Position numbers and translations under genes: made by a program. A stretch of 64,000 nucleotides of DNA from an uncultured Bacteroidota bacterium (GTDB taxonomy: Bacteria > Bacteroidota > Bacteroidia > Chitinophagales > Chitinophagaceae), in contig CAIRTW010000350.1 in the NCBI GenBank assembly GCA_903881585.1, forward strand, positions 2,988-66,987, in the 5' to 3' direction. Within the stretch, counting starts at the first letter, position 1; every line of letters begins with the position of its first letter. This document shows positions 40,665 to 51,109 of this stretch, in pieces. The notes beneath the pieces are model-generated. The model was not told the origin of the DNA. It made no database searches and was given only the letters and a program-made list of their open reading frames with translations.

Positions 40665-43600
40665 TTATCTCAGCAATGTAACATTTCCCTGGTGGTGTTC
40701 TTTCTGCCCATCCTTGAAAGTTGCGTCTATTATATAAACGAAGACTCCTTCCGGCTGGTCCACATTGTTCAGCTTGCCATCCCATCCTCTTCCATCGAGG
40801 GTAGTTGTTGTAAATATCAACTGGCCCCAACGGTTGTATATGTTCATGGAGAAAGCTGTAAGCCCCTTTGTGAGAAACTGGCGGGGGAAGAAGAAATCAT
40901 TCACACCATCGCCATTTGGTGAAAACACATTGGGTATATCCATGTAGCAATTACCCTGTACCCAAACGGTATCAGAAGCATAGCAGTTGTTGATGTTCAC
41001 TGTGGCGTAGTAATAACCCGGTGCAACGATAACAATTGATGGCCCGGTTTGCCCTGTGCTCCACATCCAGCTGGCAGCAGGATTATTGCCATTCAGATTA
41101 TCTGCAAGAATGATGGACTCACTGCCCTTACATATAGATGTATCGGAGCCGAGGTTGAGATAAGGCTGCGGTATAACCACTACGGTTCTTGATGCGGTTA
41201 TGTCCTGGCAAGCCCTGTAGTCAGCAGTAACGGTTACTGTAAACGTTCCCGCATCGTTGAATCCATGGACCACGGGGTTCATATTAGCTATTTTACTGCC
41301 ATCGCCAAAATCCCATATGTTGCCGGTATTGCCCAGGCTGGCGTACAAGCCGGTATAGGTAACATAAGTACCCTGGCAAATAACCGTATCTGAAAGCTTT
41401 ATGTTTATTCCACTGATCGTATCCACCTGCACAATAGCAGTAACGGTATCACTACATGGCACCCAGTCTGTAGCTATAAGCTGTATAGTGTAGGTACCTG
41501 TATGCAGGAAGGTATAGGTAGTATTTTTATTAGTATCGGTAGCGCCTGTGCCAAACGACCATACAAACTGGCCGGGATAGCCGCCTGAAATGGTACTTGT
41601 ATTTGTGAACGTGATCAGCTCGTCCTGGCAAATGATACTGGGGGTATCAATGAAAGAAGCGATCAAAGGATGCACCAGCGGAAGGGTCATCACCATGCTA
41701 TCTTCGCAGGCATGATTATCGGCAATGAGCGTAACCGTATAAGTGCCCTGGGCATAGATATGCGAGGGATTGGTGGTGGTATCGGAAGTACCATCGCCAA
41801 AGCGCCAGATGTAGTAAAGGGATGCTCCCGGCGTGGTAGTTGATGAATTGGTAAAATTCACAGTATCGCCATGACAACCAAAATGAATTGAAGTGTCAAA
41901 ATGAGCTACGATAGGAATGGTTGTTAGAGTAGCAGCTCCGGTAACTGTATATATACAATCGCCCACCTTTACTGTAAAGCCCGTATAAGCACCGGCACAC
42001 AAGCCGGTCAAAGTTATTGTGCTGTCGGCATGTGAAATCGTCGTAATCCCCGCAGCGGCAGCGCCATTGAAGGAATATAATACAGTATCGGTAGTAAATG
42101 GCGTTATGGCCTTAATAGTGATGCTACCATCGCAATAACCGCATTGCGAAGGATTAACGGACGCAGAAATACTTAATGGCGGCGGCGGCGGCGCTGTAAT
42201 AGTAAGCGGCCCTATAGCAGGCGTAACACAGGCACCACCTGAAGATGTGATCGTAGCGATAACGTTTGTGTAGGTACCCGCACAAAGCCCGGTAAGCGTG
42301 ACCGACCCGGCCGCATTAGTGGTAGCCGAAACGGGAGGCTGAGCCACACCACCGAGACTAAAGGAAAAAATGTATGCAGTAGAAGCATACAGCCCGTTCA
42401 ACGTAATAGTGCCATCGCATACACCGCAATAAGAGTTGTTAGCAGAAGTACCCGTCATTGATATTGGCGGATTGGTGAGTGTAACGGCCACAGGAGGGGT
42501 TACACATGCACCGCCTGAAGACGATATGGTGGCAATGATATTAGTATATGCCCCGGCACACAAGCCTGAAAGTGTAATGCTGCCGCTTGCCCCGCTGGTG
42601 AGCGTGACCGGGGGCTGGGCAACTCCACCAAGGGCATATGTGACGATAAAGGTTGTAGTTCCATAAAGCCCGGACAGCGTTATAGTGCCGTTGCACCCCC
42701 CGCAAAAAGTGGGATTTGTAGAAGTGGCCGTCATTGAAATACCCGGGTTGACCAGAGTGACAGTAGCCGGCGGAGACCAACATGTCCCTGATTTAACTTT
42801 GATACTGTCATACAAACCGGCACAGAGGCCAGAGATAGTAATGGTACCGCCAGCAGTAGCCACCACGGTATATCCAAGTTGCGGTGTGGTACCGATCCAA
42901 TACTCCACAGAATCCACTACGCTGGGTGTTAATCCGCTGAGTGTTATTGTGCCGTTGCAGGCGCCGCATGTTGTGGGGTTGGTAGAAGTTGTTGTAAAAG
43001 AAGTGCCGCCTGAAGCAGTGACGAAATAGTAACCATAAGAAGTGTCAGCACAACCGAGCGCACCGGCCTTGTACAACGTAGAACTGGTAGGACATACGGT
43101 CATTGTGGTGCCGGTACCGAGATAAGCGCCTGTAGCAGCATTATACCAGTAAACAGATGAACTCTGATAAGGAACAGGGGCGTAAGGTATTGATGCTACC
43201 GTATAAGATGTACCGCCTCCCGCCGGAGTAAAACGCCACGCTTCGGTTGGAGGATTTACCCAGGTTGAAGGGAAATCTCTGCCAGGTGCAGTCGTTGCCG
43301 CAGTACCATCCGCATTCTGAACACCAACTATCGCATGGCCTGCATACCATCCTGTGCAAATCTGATGCTTAGTAATATGGACTTCAATAACGTTTGTTGT
43401 TTCGTAAATAATTATTTGTGTTGTTATGCGCTGGGCGGCACAACTGTACATTTGGCAATTACACCAAGTGACCACAAATTTTCTAAAAGGAGCTACGCCA
43501 TCCGTTGAATATGTTTCCGTACCAATAGCCGTCGCGCTGCTGTAGAACATATCAATATCGCACCAGGGCCCACAAATATTATTGAATTTCTCCGTATTGC

Positions 43601-43937
43601 CCAGCAAAGGCGCCGAGACAGGATATGGATCATAAGCACCGGCATCGGATGCTGTAAAATCCAAGCTGCCATTTGCGCCAATGCAAAGCTGCGTATAGTC
43701 CACCCCATAAAAATTAAATGTAAACCCTATTGGAAAAAGCGGAGAATATTCATCGTCCGAAAGTATGTCGGCAGTGATTGGAGTATCACCGGTTACATGA
43801 GCGGTAAGGATCGTACAGGGATTTGAGCAATTGACGGTATCGGCACTCGAGACCGTTACCTGTGCGTTTGCGGCAGTAACCCCAAAGAAAAGTACGATAG
43901 TGGCTACAATACTAAATAAGTAACAATTGCGTTTCAT
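40665..43937 (-). CDS. T9SS type B surface protein with SprB-like repeats and PKD domains
   Basis: PIGFTFNFYG N-domain; four CG.C[ND]G.IT...LCAG.Y repeats; PKD domains; type B CTD. Confidence 0.9.
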   Translation of the reverse strand: MKRNCYLFSIVATIVLFFGVTAANAQVTVSSADTVNCSNPCTILTAHVTGDTPITADILSDDEYSPLFPIGFTFNFYGVDYTQLCIGANGSLDFTASDAGAYDPYPVSAPLLGNTEKFNNICGPWCDIDMFYSSATAIGTETYSTDGVAPFRKFVVTWCNCQMYSCAAQRITTQIIIYETTNVIEVHITKHQICTGWYAGHAIVGVQNADGTAATTAPGRDFPSTWVNPPTEAWRFTPAGGGTSYTVASIPYAPVPYQSSSVYWYNAATGAYLGTGTTMTVCPTSSTLYKAGALGCADTSYGYYFVTASGGTSFTTTSTNPTTCGACNGTITLSGLTPSVVDSVEYWIGTTPQLGYTVVATAGGTITISGLCAGLYDSIKVKSGTCWSPPATVTLVNPGISMTATSTNPTFCGGCNGTITLSGLYGTTTFIVTYALGGVAQPPVTLTSGASGSITLSGLCAGAYTNIIATISSSGGACVTPPVAVTLTNPPISMTGTSANNSYCGVCDGTITLNGLYASTAYIFSFSLGGVAQPPVSATTNAAGSVTLTGLCAGTYTNVIATITSSGGACVTPAIGPLTITAPPPPPLSISASVNPSQCGYCDGSITIKAITPFTTDTVLYSFNGAAAAGITTISHADSTITLTGLCAGAYTGFTVKVGDCIYTVTGAATLTTIPIVAHFDTSIHFGCHGDTVNFTNSSTTTPGASLYYIWRFGDGTSDTTTNPSHIYAQGTYTVTLIADNHACEDSMVMTLPLVHPLIASFIDTPSIICQDELITFTNTSTISGGYPGQFVWSFGTGATDTNKNTTYTFLHTGTYTIQLIATDWVPCSDTVTAIVQVDTISGINIKLSDTVICQGTYVTYTGLYASLGNTGNIWDFGDGSKIANMNPVVHGFNDAGTFTVTVTADYRACQDITASRTVVVIPQPYLNLGSDTSICKGSESIILADNLNGNNPAASWMWSTGQTGPSIVIVAPGYYYATVNINNCYASDTVWVQGNCYMDIPNVFSPNGDGVNDFFFPRQFLTKGLTAFSMNIYNRWGQLIFTTTTLDGRGWDGKLNNVDQPEGVFVYIIDATFKDGQKEHHQGNVTLLR

Positions 43938-44220
43938 AATTCTTCTAAATAAGTCTATTAAAAAGTCGTTTCTCTATTCTTTGCCTGCTCAAAATAATAA
44001 TACCGACCATGCAAAATGTATGGCTTCATATTTCTAAAGACAGCATTTACTCAAAATAGGTTAGTAAATTTATCGCTTTTTTTCAACAAACCCAATAAAT
44101 AAAATAATATGTAAATATCAGAGGGCGCAAATACCTTATTTTATCATGCGTTAATTGTGCTGTTTTATTTATATACAACACTTAATCATACAGTTATTAT
44201 GAAATGAATGTTATAATATA

Positions 44221-44261
44221 AAAATGCAACAGCCCCTCAGAAAAGAGGAGCTGTTGCATTT
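44221..44261 (-). terminator. Terminator of the dcw operon
   Basis: AAATGCAACAGC..GCTGTTGCATTT stem 17 bp after the ftsZ stop. Confidence 0.85.
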
Positions 44262-44278
44262 AAAATATCGGAATGTTA

Positions 44279-45910
44279 TCAATCCGGTTTCTTTCCATCG
44301 AGGAAAGTATTGATCGTCTGGATGGCAGCCTGTTGATTATTCTGCTGGTCATTTACACCTACAGAATATCCGCTATAATAAGAATCGGATGATCCGGCCT
44401 GATTATCCAGCTTCATATTTTTCCTCAGGTAGGCTGGTACGGCCTCCATTTCATCACTGCTTTCGGTGCCCTTAATATTAAAGCTCATCCGGCGCAGGCG
44501 CTCTGCCCGGTCTTCGAGCGACCTCTTCTGCTCTTCAAACCTTCTTTTTTCTTCTATTTCATCGGCAGAGAGTATCCGCTCGCCTATTTTCATTATCGGC
44601 GTTTCCCTTGGTTCATCTTTGATCACTACCTGCATTGGTATGTCTTCCACCCTCCTGGTTTCCTGCATATAAACAGGCGCAGGGGTTTCAGCAACAACCT
44701 CTTGCTTCTCTTCTGCCAATTGCAAAAAATGGTCAGTTGGCGAAGGGGTATATTGCTCAAAAGGCTTGTTTTCTGTTACCGGATTCACAGCTACGGGTGT
44801 TTCCACTAGCACAGGCGCCATGCTTGATTGCTTTGCGTATGGCCATGTTTCGGCAGCGCGTGAATCGGTGGACTGCATATCGCCCAGCTTAACTACGATC
44901 TTCTCCGGCTCATTGTTCTTTGCAGGCATATCGATTTTGATATCCTTGTGATTGAAGCCGGTTGCTATTACGGTAACAGCTATACGCTCCTTCAGGTTTG
45001 GATCATGGCCCATACCCAGTATCACGTCGCAGTTATCACCAGCTTGCTGCTGCACATATGCCTGGATGGCTTCGGCCTCATCCATCGTATGCTCGAACTC
45101 TCCGGCGGCGGAGGTTATATTTAATAACAGCCATTTAGCGCCACTTATATCGCTGTCATTGAGCAACGGAGAGTTGAGCGCTTCTTCCACTGCCTGTGTA
45201 GCACGGTTCTCACCAACTGCCGATGCGCTGCCGAGGATAGCGACACCGCCATTTTTCATTACAGTGCAAACGTCTGCAAAGTCCACGTTTATCTGGCCGG
45301 TAGTGGTGATCACATCAGTGATACATTTTGCTGCTGTAGCCAATATATCATCCGCTTTTGCAAACGCCTGCGTGAACGGCAGGTTACCGAATTGCTGGCG
45401 CAGCTTGTCATTAGAAATGATCAGGATCGTATCAACGTGCTCGCGCATTTTGTCGATACCGTCCTGCGCCTGCTTCATACGCTTGCGGCCCTCGTAGGTA
45501 AACGGTGTTGTTACGATACCCACTGTGAGTATGCCGAGATCGCGGCAGATCTTTGACACCACTGGTGCGCCACCTGTACCTGTACCGCCGCCCATGCCTG
45601 CAGTGATGAACGCCATGCGGGTATTTACTTTCAAGATCTTAGCTACATCTTCCAGGCTTTCTTCGCATGACTGCTTGCCAATCTCGGGATTAGCGCCTGC
45701 GCCGAGCCCTTGTGTGAGGTGCGGGCCGAGCTGTATCTTATTGGCCACCGGGCTTAATGCCAGCGCCTGTGAATCGGTGTTGCACACCACGAAATCGACA
45801 CCATCTATGCCGAGGCTGTGCATGTAGTTTACAGCATTGCTTCCGCCGCCGCCTACACCTATCACTTTAATAATGGACGATTGATTTTTGGGGATTTCAA
45901 AATGTATCAT
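44279..45910 (-). CDS. ftsZ: Cell division protein FtsZ
   Basis: GVGGGGSNA, GMGGGTGTG, NVDFADV, C-terminal VPAYLRK. Confidence 0.99.
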   Translation of the reverse strand: MIHFEIPKNQSSIIKVIGVGGGGSNAVNYMHSLGIDGVDFVVCNTDSQALALSPVANKIQLGPHLTQGLGAGANPEIGKQSCEESLEDVAKILKVNTRMAFITAGMGGGTGTGGAPVVSKICRDLGILTVGIVTTPFTYEGRKRMKQAQDGIDKMREHVDTILIISNDKLRQQFGNLPFTQAFAKADDILATAAKCITDVITTTGQINVDFADVCTVMKNGGVAILGSASAVGENRATQAVEEALNSPLLNDSDISGAKWLLLNITSAAGEFEHTMDEAEAIQAYVQQQAGDNCDVILGMGHDPNLKERIAVTVIATGFNHKDIKIDMPAKNNEPEKIVVKLGDMQSTDSRAAETWPYAKQSSMAPVLVETPVAVNPVTENKPFEQYTPSPTDHFLQLAEEKQEVVAETPAPVYMQETRRVEDIPMQVVIKDEPRETPIMKIGERILSADEIEEKRRFEEQKRSLEDRAERLRRMSFNIKGTESSDEMEAVPAYLRKNMKLDNQAGSSDSYYSGYSVGVNDQQNNQQAAIQTINTFLDGKKPD

Positions 45911-46007
45911 ATCCTGTTGTTTTGTGAGTTAGTAAAAGGTTAGTTGTGAATGAGAATTTTATTCGGTCCCGATAGCTATCGGGATGGGATTTCAGTTTTA
46001 GTTTTTG

Positions 46008-47438
46008 CTATTGTATTTCCTGATCTTCTACGTCTTCAAACAATTTCATGAATTTGCCCTTCAGCCCGTCGAACAGCTTCTTGACATTTTCATTCCGTTT
46101 TCGCGATTTCGGCTGTGTGATCTCTGCAACCTCTTGGGGGCTTCTTTCCGCAACCGGCGGCTCCGACACCTCCATTTCTATCGTTTCTTCTCTTTCTACC
46201 ACCAGCGGTTTAAGGTCTTCCCCGGTAATGTGGATCATGTTGCCGCCTTCTCCTGCAAAGCGCATCTTGCCGCTTTCGTAGTCGTAGTAACCACGGAGTA
46301 TCAAGCCAATACAAGTGGAATACATAGGGTTCATCAGCTGGTCGGCGTGGCCGCCGGCAAGATGCTCGTTGGGGTAACCAATGCGCGCGCCCATACCGGT
46401 AGCGAACTCAGTAAGCTGCGTGATATGCTTCAGCTGTGCGCCGCCACCCGTAAGGATGATACCACCGCAGAGCCGCTTGTCCATATCTATCTGTTTCAGG
46501 TGATACATGACATAGTCGAGTATCTCCTGCATACGCGCCTGTATGATGTGCGCGAGGTTCTTCACGGATATTTCCTTTGGCGGTAAACCACGGAGGCCCG
46601 GTATAGTAATGTAAGCGTTGACGTTTGCCTCATCGGCAAGGGCAGTACCAAACTGTACCTTCATCTGCTCTGCCTGTGCGCGCAACACACCGAGGCCATT
46701 ACGAATATCATTGGTGATGTTCACACCGGCATATGGTATCACAGCGGTATGCTTCAGGATGCCGTCATAATACACAGCGAGGTCGGTAGTGCCTCCGCCT
46801 ATGTCCACTATGGCAACACCTGCTTCGAGGTCTTCGTCATTCATTACCGCAGCTGCGGATGCCAATGGCTGCAGCACGAGGTCGCGGGTAATGAGGCCGG
46901 ACTTGTCGACGCAACGCTTGATATTGCGAATGGCATTACGGTCGCCGGTGATGATGTGGAAGTTGGCGCCTATCTTAACACCGCTCATACCTATCGGGTC
47001 GAGCACATCGGGTGTGCTGTCGACGGTAAAGTCCTGTGGCACGACAGTTATGATCTGGTCGCCGGCCGGGATGTAGGTTTTGTTCTGGTCGCGCACCAGC
47101 ATGTCTATATCTTCCTGGCTTATTTCGTTCTCAGAGTTTGAGCGCACCCTGTCGCCGCGGGTCTGCAGGCTCTTGATGTGCTGGCCGGCAATGCCCACAT
47201 AAACTTCCTTGAGCTCCAGGTTGGGGTTGGAAAGCAGACACCTTTCCATAGCTTGCTCTATGGACCGGATACACTGCTCAATATTCATGACCACACCGTG
47301 GCTCACGCCTGCTGAGTCTGCGCGGCCAAATCCGAGAATATCGACCTTGCCAAACTCATTTTTTCTGCCGGCAATGGCTACCACCTTTGTGGTTCCGATA
47401 TCCAGGCCGACGATAATGGGCTGTTCATTTTTGCTCAT
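46008..47438 (-). CDS. ftsA: Cell division protein FtsA
   Basis: GLDIGTTK, DIGGGTTD, LTGGGA. Confidence 0.98.
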   Translation of the reverse strand: MSKNEQPIIVGLDIGTTKVVAIAGRKNEFGKVDILGFGRADSAGVSHGVVMNIEQCIRSIEQAMERCLLSNPNLELKEVYVGIAGQHIKSLQTRGDRVRSNSENEISQEDIDMLVRDQNKTYIPAGDQIITVVPQDFTVDSTPDVLDPIGMSGVKIGANFHIITGDRNAIRNIKRCVDKSGLITRDLVLQPLASAAAVMNDEDLEAGVAIVDIGGGTTDLAVYYDGILKHTAVIPYAGVNITNDIRNGLGVLRAQAEQMKVQFGTALADEANVNAYITIPGLRGLPPKEISVKNLAHIIQARMQEILDYVMYHLKQIDMDKRLCGGIILTGGGAQLKHITQLTEFATGMGARIGYPNEHLAGGHADQLMNPMYSTCIGLILRGYYDYESGKMRFAGEGGNMIHITGEDLKPLVVEREETIEMEVSEPPVAERSPQEVAEITQPKSRKRNENVKKLFDGLKGKFMKLFEDVEDQEIQ

Positions 47439-47470
47439 GTTGCTGCGGTTTTAAAAATTATTAATTGCCT

Positions 47471-48604
47471 TTATTTTTCAGGATACACGTACTTAGGTGA
47501 GGCCTGTTTTTTAGTTTTTTCTTTGTTGTCTTTTTTTGCTTTGCTATTGTCGTTTGCCTTTGCTTTAGGTGGAACAGCATGATGCACTCGTTTGTCCTTC
47601 ACCTGCGGCTTTACTATCTTTTTAGGCACTGCTTTTGCAGCCGGTTTTGGTTTTTCTTTCGCTGCCTTATCGGTTTTCTGCGGCGCAGGCTTTACTACGG
47701 GCGTGGCGGCAGTTTTAGCTTCAGCTGTTCGCGTAGAATCTTTCGCATCATTTTTAGCCTCCGTTTCCACAATGCTGTTTATCCAGTTCATCGTTGATAC
47801 GGCCTTATCCACGGGGCCACTGTAAGGGATAGCCGGTGAAGCCACAACCTGGCCCTTGAACCGCAGGTCGAGCGTTTCGTATTTATCCCACCCTATCCTG
47901 TTCAGCACATTTTTGTAGAACACAAACAGGTTATTGAATTTGTCCCTCATCAGGGATGTATCGCCGAACAATATTTTCTGGTCTCCCAATATAGACAGCA
48001 ATTCAAAAGACCCTGCGGTATCAACAATCACCTGCGATATCTGTGCGCTCCAGAAAGTATCGGACTGTATGGTGTTTACGAACTTTAATATCTGCTTCCT
48101 CAATGCCCAGCCAGCGCTGTCATTTTGTATTTCCGGCGCGTTGGTTACCACTGTAGTATAGTACACATAATTCTCAGACAGGGGCATAATGCTCATTGTG
48201 GCATCCATGTAATAGCTGTGGCTATCTGCACCGAATATGCGCACTACCGGCACGCGCTGGGTTACATACATATGCAGCACCCGGTCATTATCCACAAACA
48301 CCTGGGCATTGGCTACCCAGGGATCAGCCAGGATCACCTGCTCCATACCCTTTACATCAAGATGGGCAACGGGGGTATTCATTACATCTATGCCCCTGTT
48401 GTTGACGGCAAGGTCCATGATCTCCTTCTCTTCTATAAAGTGATACTTCTTATCGTTCTTGATATGCACGGCTACGCTGGACAGCATTTTGCTGTCCTCA
48501 ATACGGGAGGCGCTGACAATAGCAATAATGCAGCCTGTGCTTACCACTACAGTAAGGAACACCTGCAATATTTTGCGTACCGATATTTTGCGCTTAGCCG
48601 CCAT
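47471..48604 (-). CDS. ftsQ: Cell division protein FtsQ
   Basis: One TM helix, POTRA (PWVANAQV), DLRFKGQVV; lies between murC and ftsA. Confidence 0.9.
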   Translation of the reverse strand: MAAKRKISVRKILQVFLTVVVSTGCIIAIVSASRIEDSKMLSSVAVHIKNDKKYHFIEEKEIMDLAVNNRGIDVMNTPVAHLDVKGMEQVILADPWVANAQVFVDNDRVLHMYVTQRVPVVRIFGADSHSYYMDATMSIMPLSENYVYYTTVVTNAPEIQNDSAGWALRKQILKFVNTIQSDTFWSAQISQVIVDTAGSFELLSILGDQKILFGDTSLMRDKFNNLFVFYKNVLNRIGWDKYETLDLRFKGQVVASPAIPYSGPVDKAVSTMNWINSIVETEAKNDAKDSTRTAEAKTAATPVVKPAPQKTDKAAKEKPKPAAKAVPKKIVKPQVKDKRVHHAVPPKAKANDNSKAKKDNKEKTKKQASPKYVYPEK

Positions 48605-49962
48605 TATTTTCCTAACAATATATTTTTAACCGGTTCCACTAATTTGTCAATATCCCCCGCACCAGCTGTGATGAACATATCCAGCGGTGCAGCCTTCACA
48701 TACTCCAGCACAGCTTCTTTAGACATGATGGTATGCGCAGGGTTGTTCATTTTATCTGCTATCATTTTTGATGTCACTCCCTCCATAGGCAACTCACGGG
48801 CGGGGTATATATCCAGTAACAAAACCTCATCCGCCATATCCAGGCTCGCGGCAAAGCCGTCGGCCAGGTCGCGGGTCCGGCTAAACAAGTGCGGCTGAAA
48901 ACATACCACGCACCTGCGGCCCGGGAACAAATGTTTTGCGCCACCTATCAGCGCTGCCAACTCTTCCGGGTGATGAGCATAGTCATCTATGTAAACGACC
49001 TTCTTATTCTTCACCACGTATTCGAAGCGGCGCTTAACCCCCATGAATGCCGGCAATACACGTTTCACCGCCGCGCCATCTATACCGAGCAGCTGTGTTA
49101 CCGCTATGGCCGCCACCGCATTCTCTACATTGTGCATGCCACCTACCTGCAGGTGAACCTGCTCCAATATGCAGTCAACACCCTTTACATCAAAAATGTA
49201 TCCGCCATCCTTTTGCATGATATTCCCGGCATAAATATCAGCGGCATCGTTTTGCAGGCTGTAGGTGAGCGTGTGGTCTCCTTTAAGTTCTGCTTCCCGG
49301 TGCAGGCCGTGCTTTACCAGCAGTGTGCCACCTGGCTTTATGTTTTTTGTGTACTGGATAAATGCCGCTTCCATCGCCTCTACCGTGCCATAAATATCAA
49401 GATGGTCGGCATCCATAGCGGTAAGTACGGCTATGTCCGGCTTCAGCTTCAGGAAGCTACGGTCGTACTCATCGGCTTCCACCACAGCAGTATTCCTGCT
49501 GCTGTGCCAGTAATTACAATCATAGTTCACAGATATGCCGCCCAGGAAGGCGTTGCCGCCATAGCCGGTTTCACGGAGCAGGTAAGCGATCATGGTAGAA
49601 ATAGTAGTCTTGCCATGAGTGCCCGCCACCGTTACTGCATACATAGCCTCAGTGATCCATTGCAGCACATCGCTACGCTTATAGACCGGGAACTTATTAT
49701 TGATGTACCAGTTAAGCTCTGTGTGATCTTTGGGAATGGCAGGCGTATAGACCACGAGTTGTGTGTCTTTATCCAGCAAGGTTTCATCATCTGTATAATG
49801 AATGCTCATTCCCTCTTTAGCAAGATGTCTGGTAAGGTCAGTTTCGGTTTTATCATAGCCACTCACGACCGCGCCCTGCTCACGGAAAAACCGCGCAAGC
49901 GCACTCATACCGATGCCGCCGATACCTATGAAATACACCCTTTTTATTTCCCTTACGTTCAT
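48604..49962 (-). CDS. murC: UDP-MurNAc--L-alanine ligase
   Basis: GIGGIGMS, GTHGKTT, EADEYD, DDYAHHP; start MNVREI. Confidence 0.98.
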   Translation of the reverse strand: MNVREIKRVYFIGIGGIGMSALARFFREQGAVVSGYDKTETDLTRHLAKEGMSIHYTDDETLLDKDTQLVVYTPAIPKDHTELNWYINNKFPVYKRSDVLQWITEAMYAVTVAGTHGKTTISTMIAYLLRETGYGGNAFLGGISVNYDCNYWHSSRNTAVVEADEYDRSFLKLKPDIAVLTAMDADHLDIYGTVEAMEAAFIQYTKNIKPGGTLLVKHGLHREAELKGDHTLTYSLQNDAADIYAGNIMQKDGGYIFDVKGVDCILEQVHLQVGGMHNVENAVAAIAVTQLLGIDGAAVKRVLPAFMGVKRRFEYVVKNKKVVYIDDYAHHPEELAALIGGAKHLFPGRRCVVCFQPHLFSRTRDLADGFAASLDMADEVLLLDIYPARELPMEGVTSKMIADKMNNPAHTIMSKEAVLEYVKAAPLDMFITAGAGDIDKLVEPVKNILLGK

Positions 49963-50010
49963 TATAAATTCAAAATTCAAAAGCCAAAATTCAAAAAATC
50001 GCTCAACTAG

Positions 50011-51108
50011 TTAACTACTTAATTCCATCACTTTCTTTGCTATGCGCTCATCTGCATCTTTTATTGCCATGCTTTTAAGATTCACCGACATCCTTTGCTG
50101 CGTGGCATCGTCGTTCAATAGTTCTTTCAATTTTTTTACAAGTTCTGTTGGCGCATCGCTGTCCTTTACCAAAATTGCTGCTTCACGGTTCACAAGCGCC
50201 ATTGCATTGCTGGTCTGGTGGTCTTCAGCTGCGTAGGGATAGGGTACGAATATTACCGGCCGCCCCGCAATGCACAATTCGGCAATGGCCAGCGCCCCCG
50301 CCCTTGATATAACTACATCTGCCGCAGCATATGCCTTGTCCATTTCTTTTATGAAGTCATGCACCTTTACCTTTTCACTGTATTTTGCCGCTCGGGTTTT
50401 AGCTTGCTCGTAGTAAGGCTTGCCCGTTTGCCATATCAGCTGCACATCTTCTTTCATCAGCTCATCCAACTGTGCATCTATGCCTTCATTTATAGACTTA
50501 GCGCCAAGGCTGCCACCAACTATAAGTATGGTCTTCACCCCTTCACGCAGCCCGAAATATTTTTTCCCTTCTGCACCCGTTGCCTTCATATCGGATATGC
50601 TCTTACGCACCGGGTTACCGGTTATAATGATCTTGTCTTTAGGGAAGAACTGCTCCATATTTTCATAAGCCACGCATATTGCCCTTGCCCTTCTGCCTAA
50701 TATTTTATTGCTCTTCCCTGCGAAAGAATTTTGTTCCTGTATAAGTGTGGGTATATTCATACCCTGGCCAATATTCAAAACCGGGAAGCTGGCGTATCCC
50801 CCTACGCCAACTATAATCCCCGGTTTGAACTGCTTTATGATGCTCTTAGCCTGCATCCGGCTCTTTATCAATTTAAAAGGCAGTGAGAGATTTTTTAAAA
50901 TACTGCCCCTGTTAAATCCCGCTATATCCAGTCCTATTATTTCAAATCCTTCCTGCGGCACTTTCTCCATTTCCATCTTACCCTTTGCGCCCACAAACAA
51001 CAGCTCAGTACCAGGGCGCAGCCGCTGCAGGGCATGGCCCACCGCTACTGCCGGGAAGATATGCCCGCCTGTTCCACCACCTGCTATGATCACGCGCAAA
51101 TTGCTCAT
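50011..51108 (-). CDS. murG: Lipid II GlcNAc transferase
   Basis: GGGTGGHIFP, EQN, GGSLGA, SRAGA, HQ..NA. Confidence 0.98.
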   Translation of the reverse strand: MSNLRVIIAGGGTGGHIFPAVAVGHALQRLRPGTELLFVGAKGKMEMEKVPQEGFEIIGLDIAGFNRGSILKNLSLPFKLIKSRMQAKSIIKQFKPGIIVGVGGYASFPVLNIGQGMNIPTLIQEQNSFAGKSNKILGRRARAICVAYENMEQFFPKDKIIITGNPVRKSISDMKATGAEGKKYFGLREGVKTILIVGGSLGAKSINEGIDAQLDELMKEDVQLIWQTGKPYYEQAKTRAAKYSEKVKVHDFIKEMDKAYAAADVVISRAGALAIAELCIAGRPVIFVPYPYAAEDHQTSNAMALVNREAAILVKDSDAPTELVKKLKELLNDDATQQRMSVNLKSMAIKDADERIAKKVMELSS

Positions 51109-51109
51109 T

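Noticed and set aside
37591-41900. DGR template/variable repeat pair in the two similar C-termini
   Set aside because: Both copies are coding, the differences I inspected are mostly synonymous and not adenine-specific, and no reverse transcriptase is present.
37336-44220. Invertible promoters upstream of the surface-protein genes
   Set aside because: No flanking inverted repeats were seen in the intergenic gaps and no recombinase is nearby.
48889-50010. 373-aa plus-strand ORF and other long antisense ORFs (18224-19240, 54552-55385, 50708-51574, 33310-34074)
   Set aside because: They shadow well-supported genes on the opposite strand and carry no recognisable motifs.
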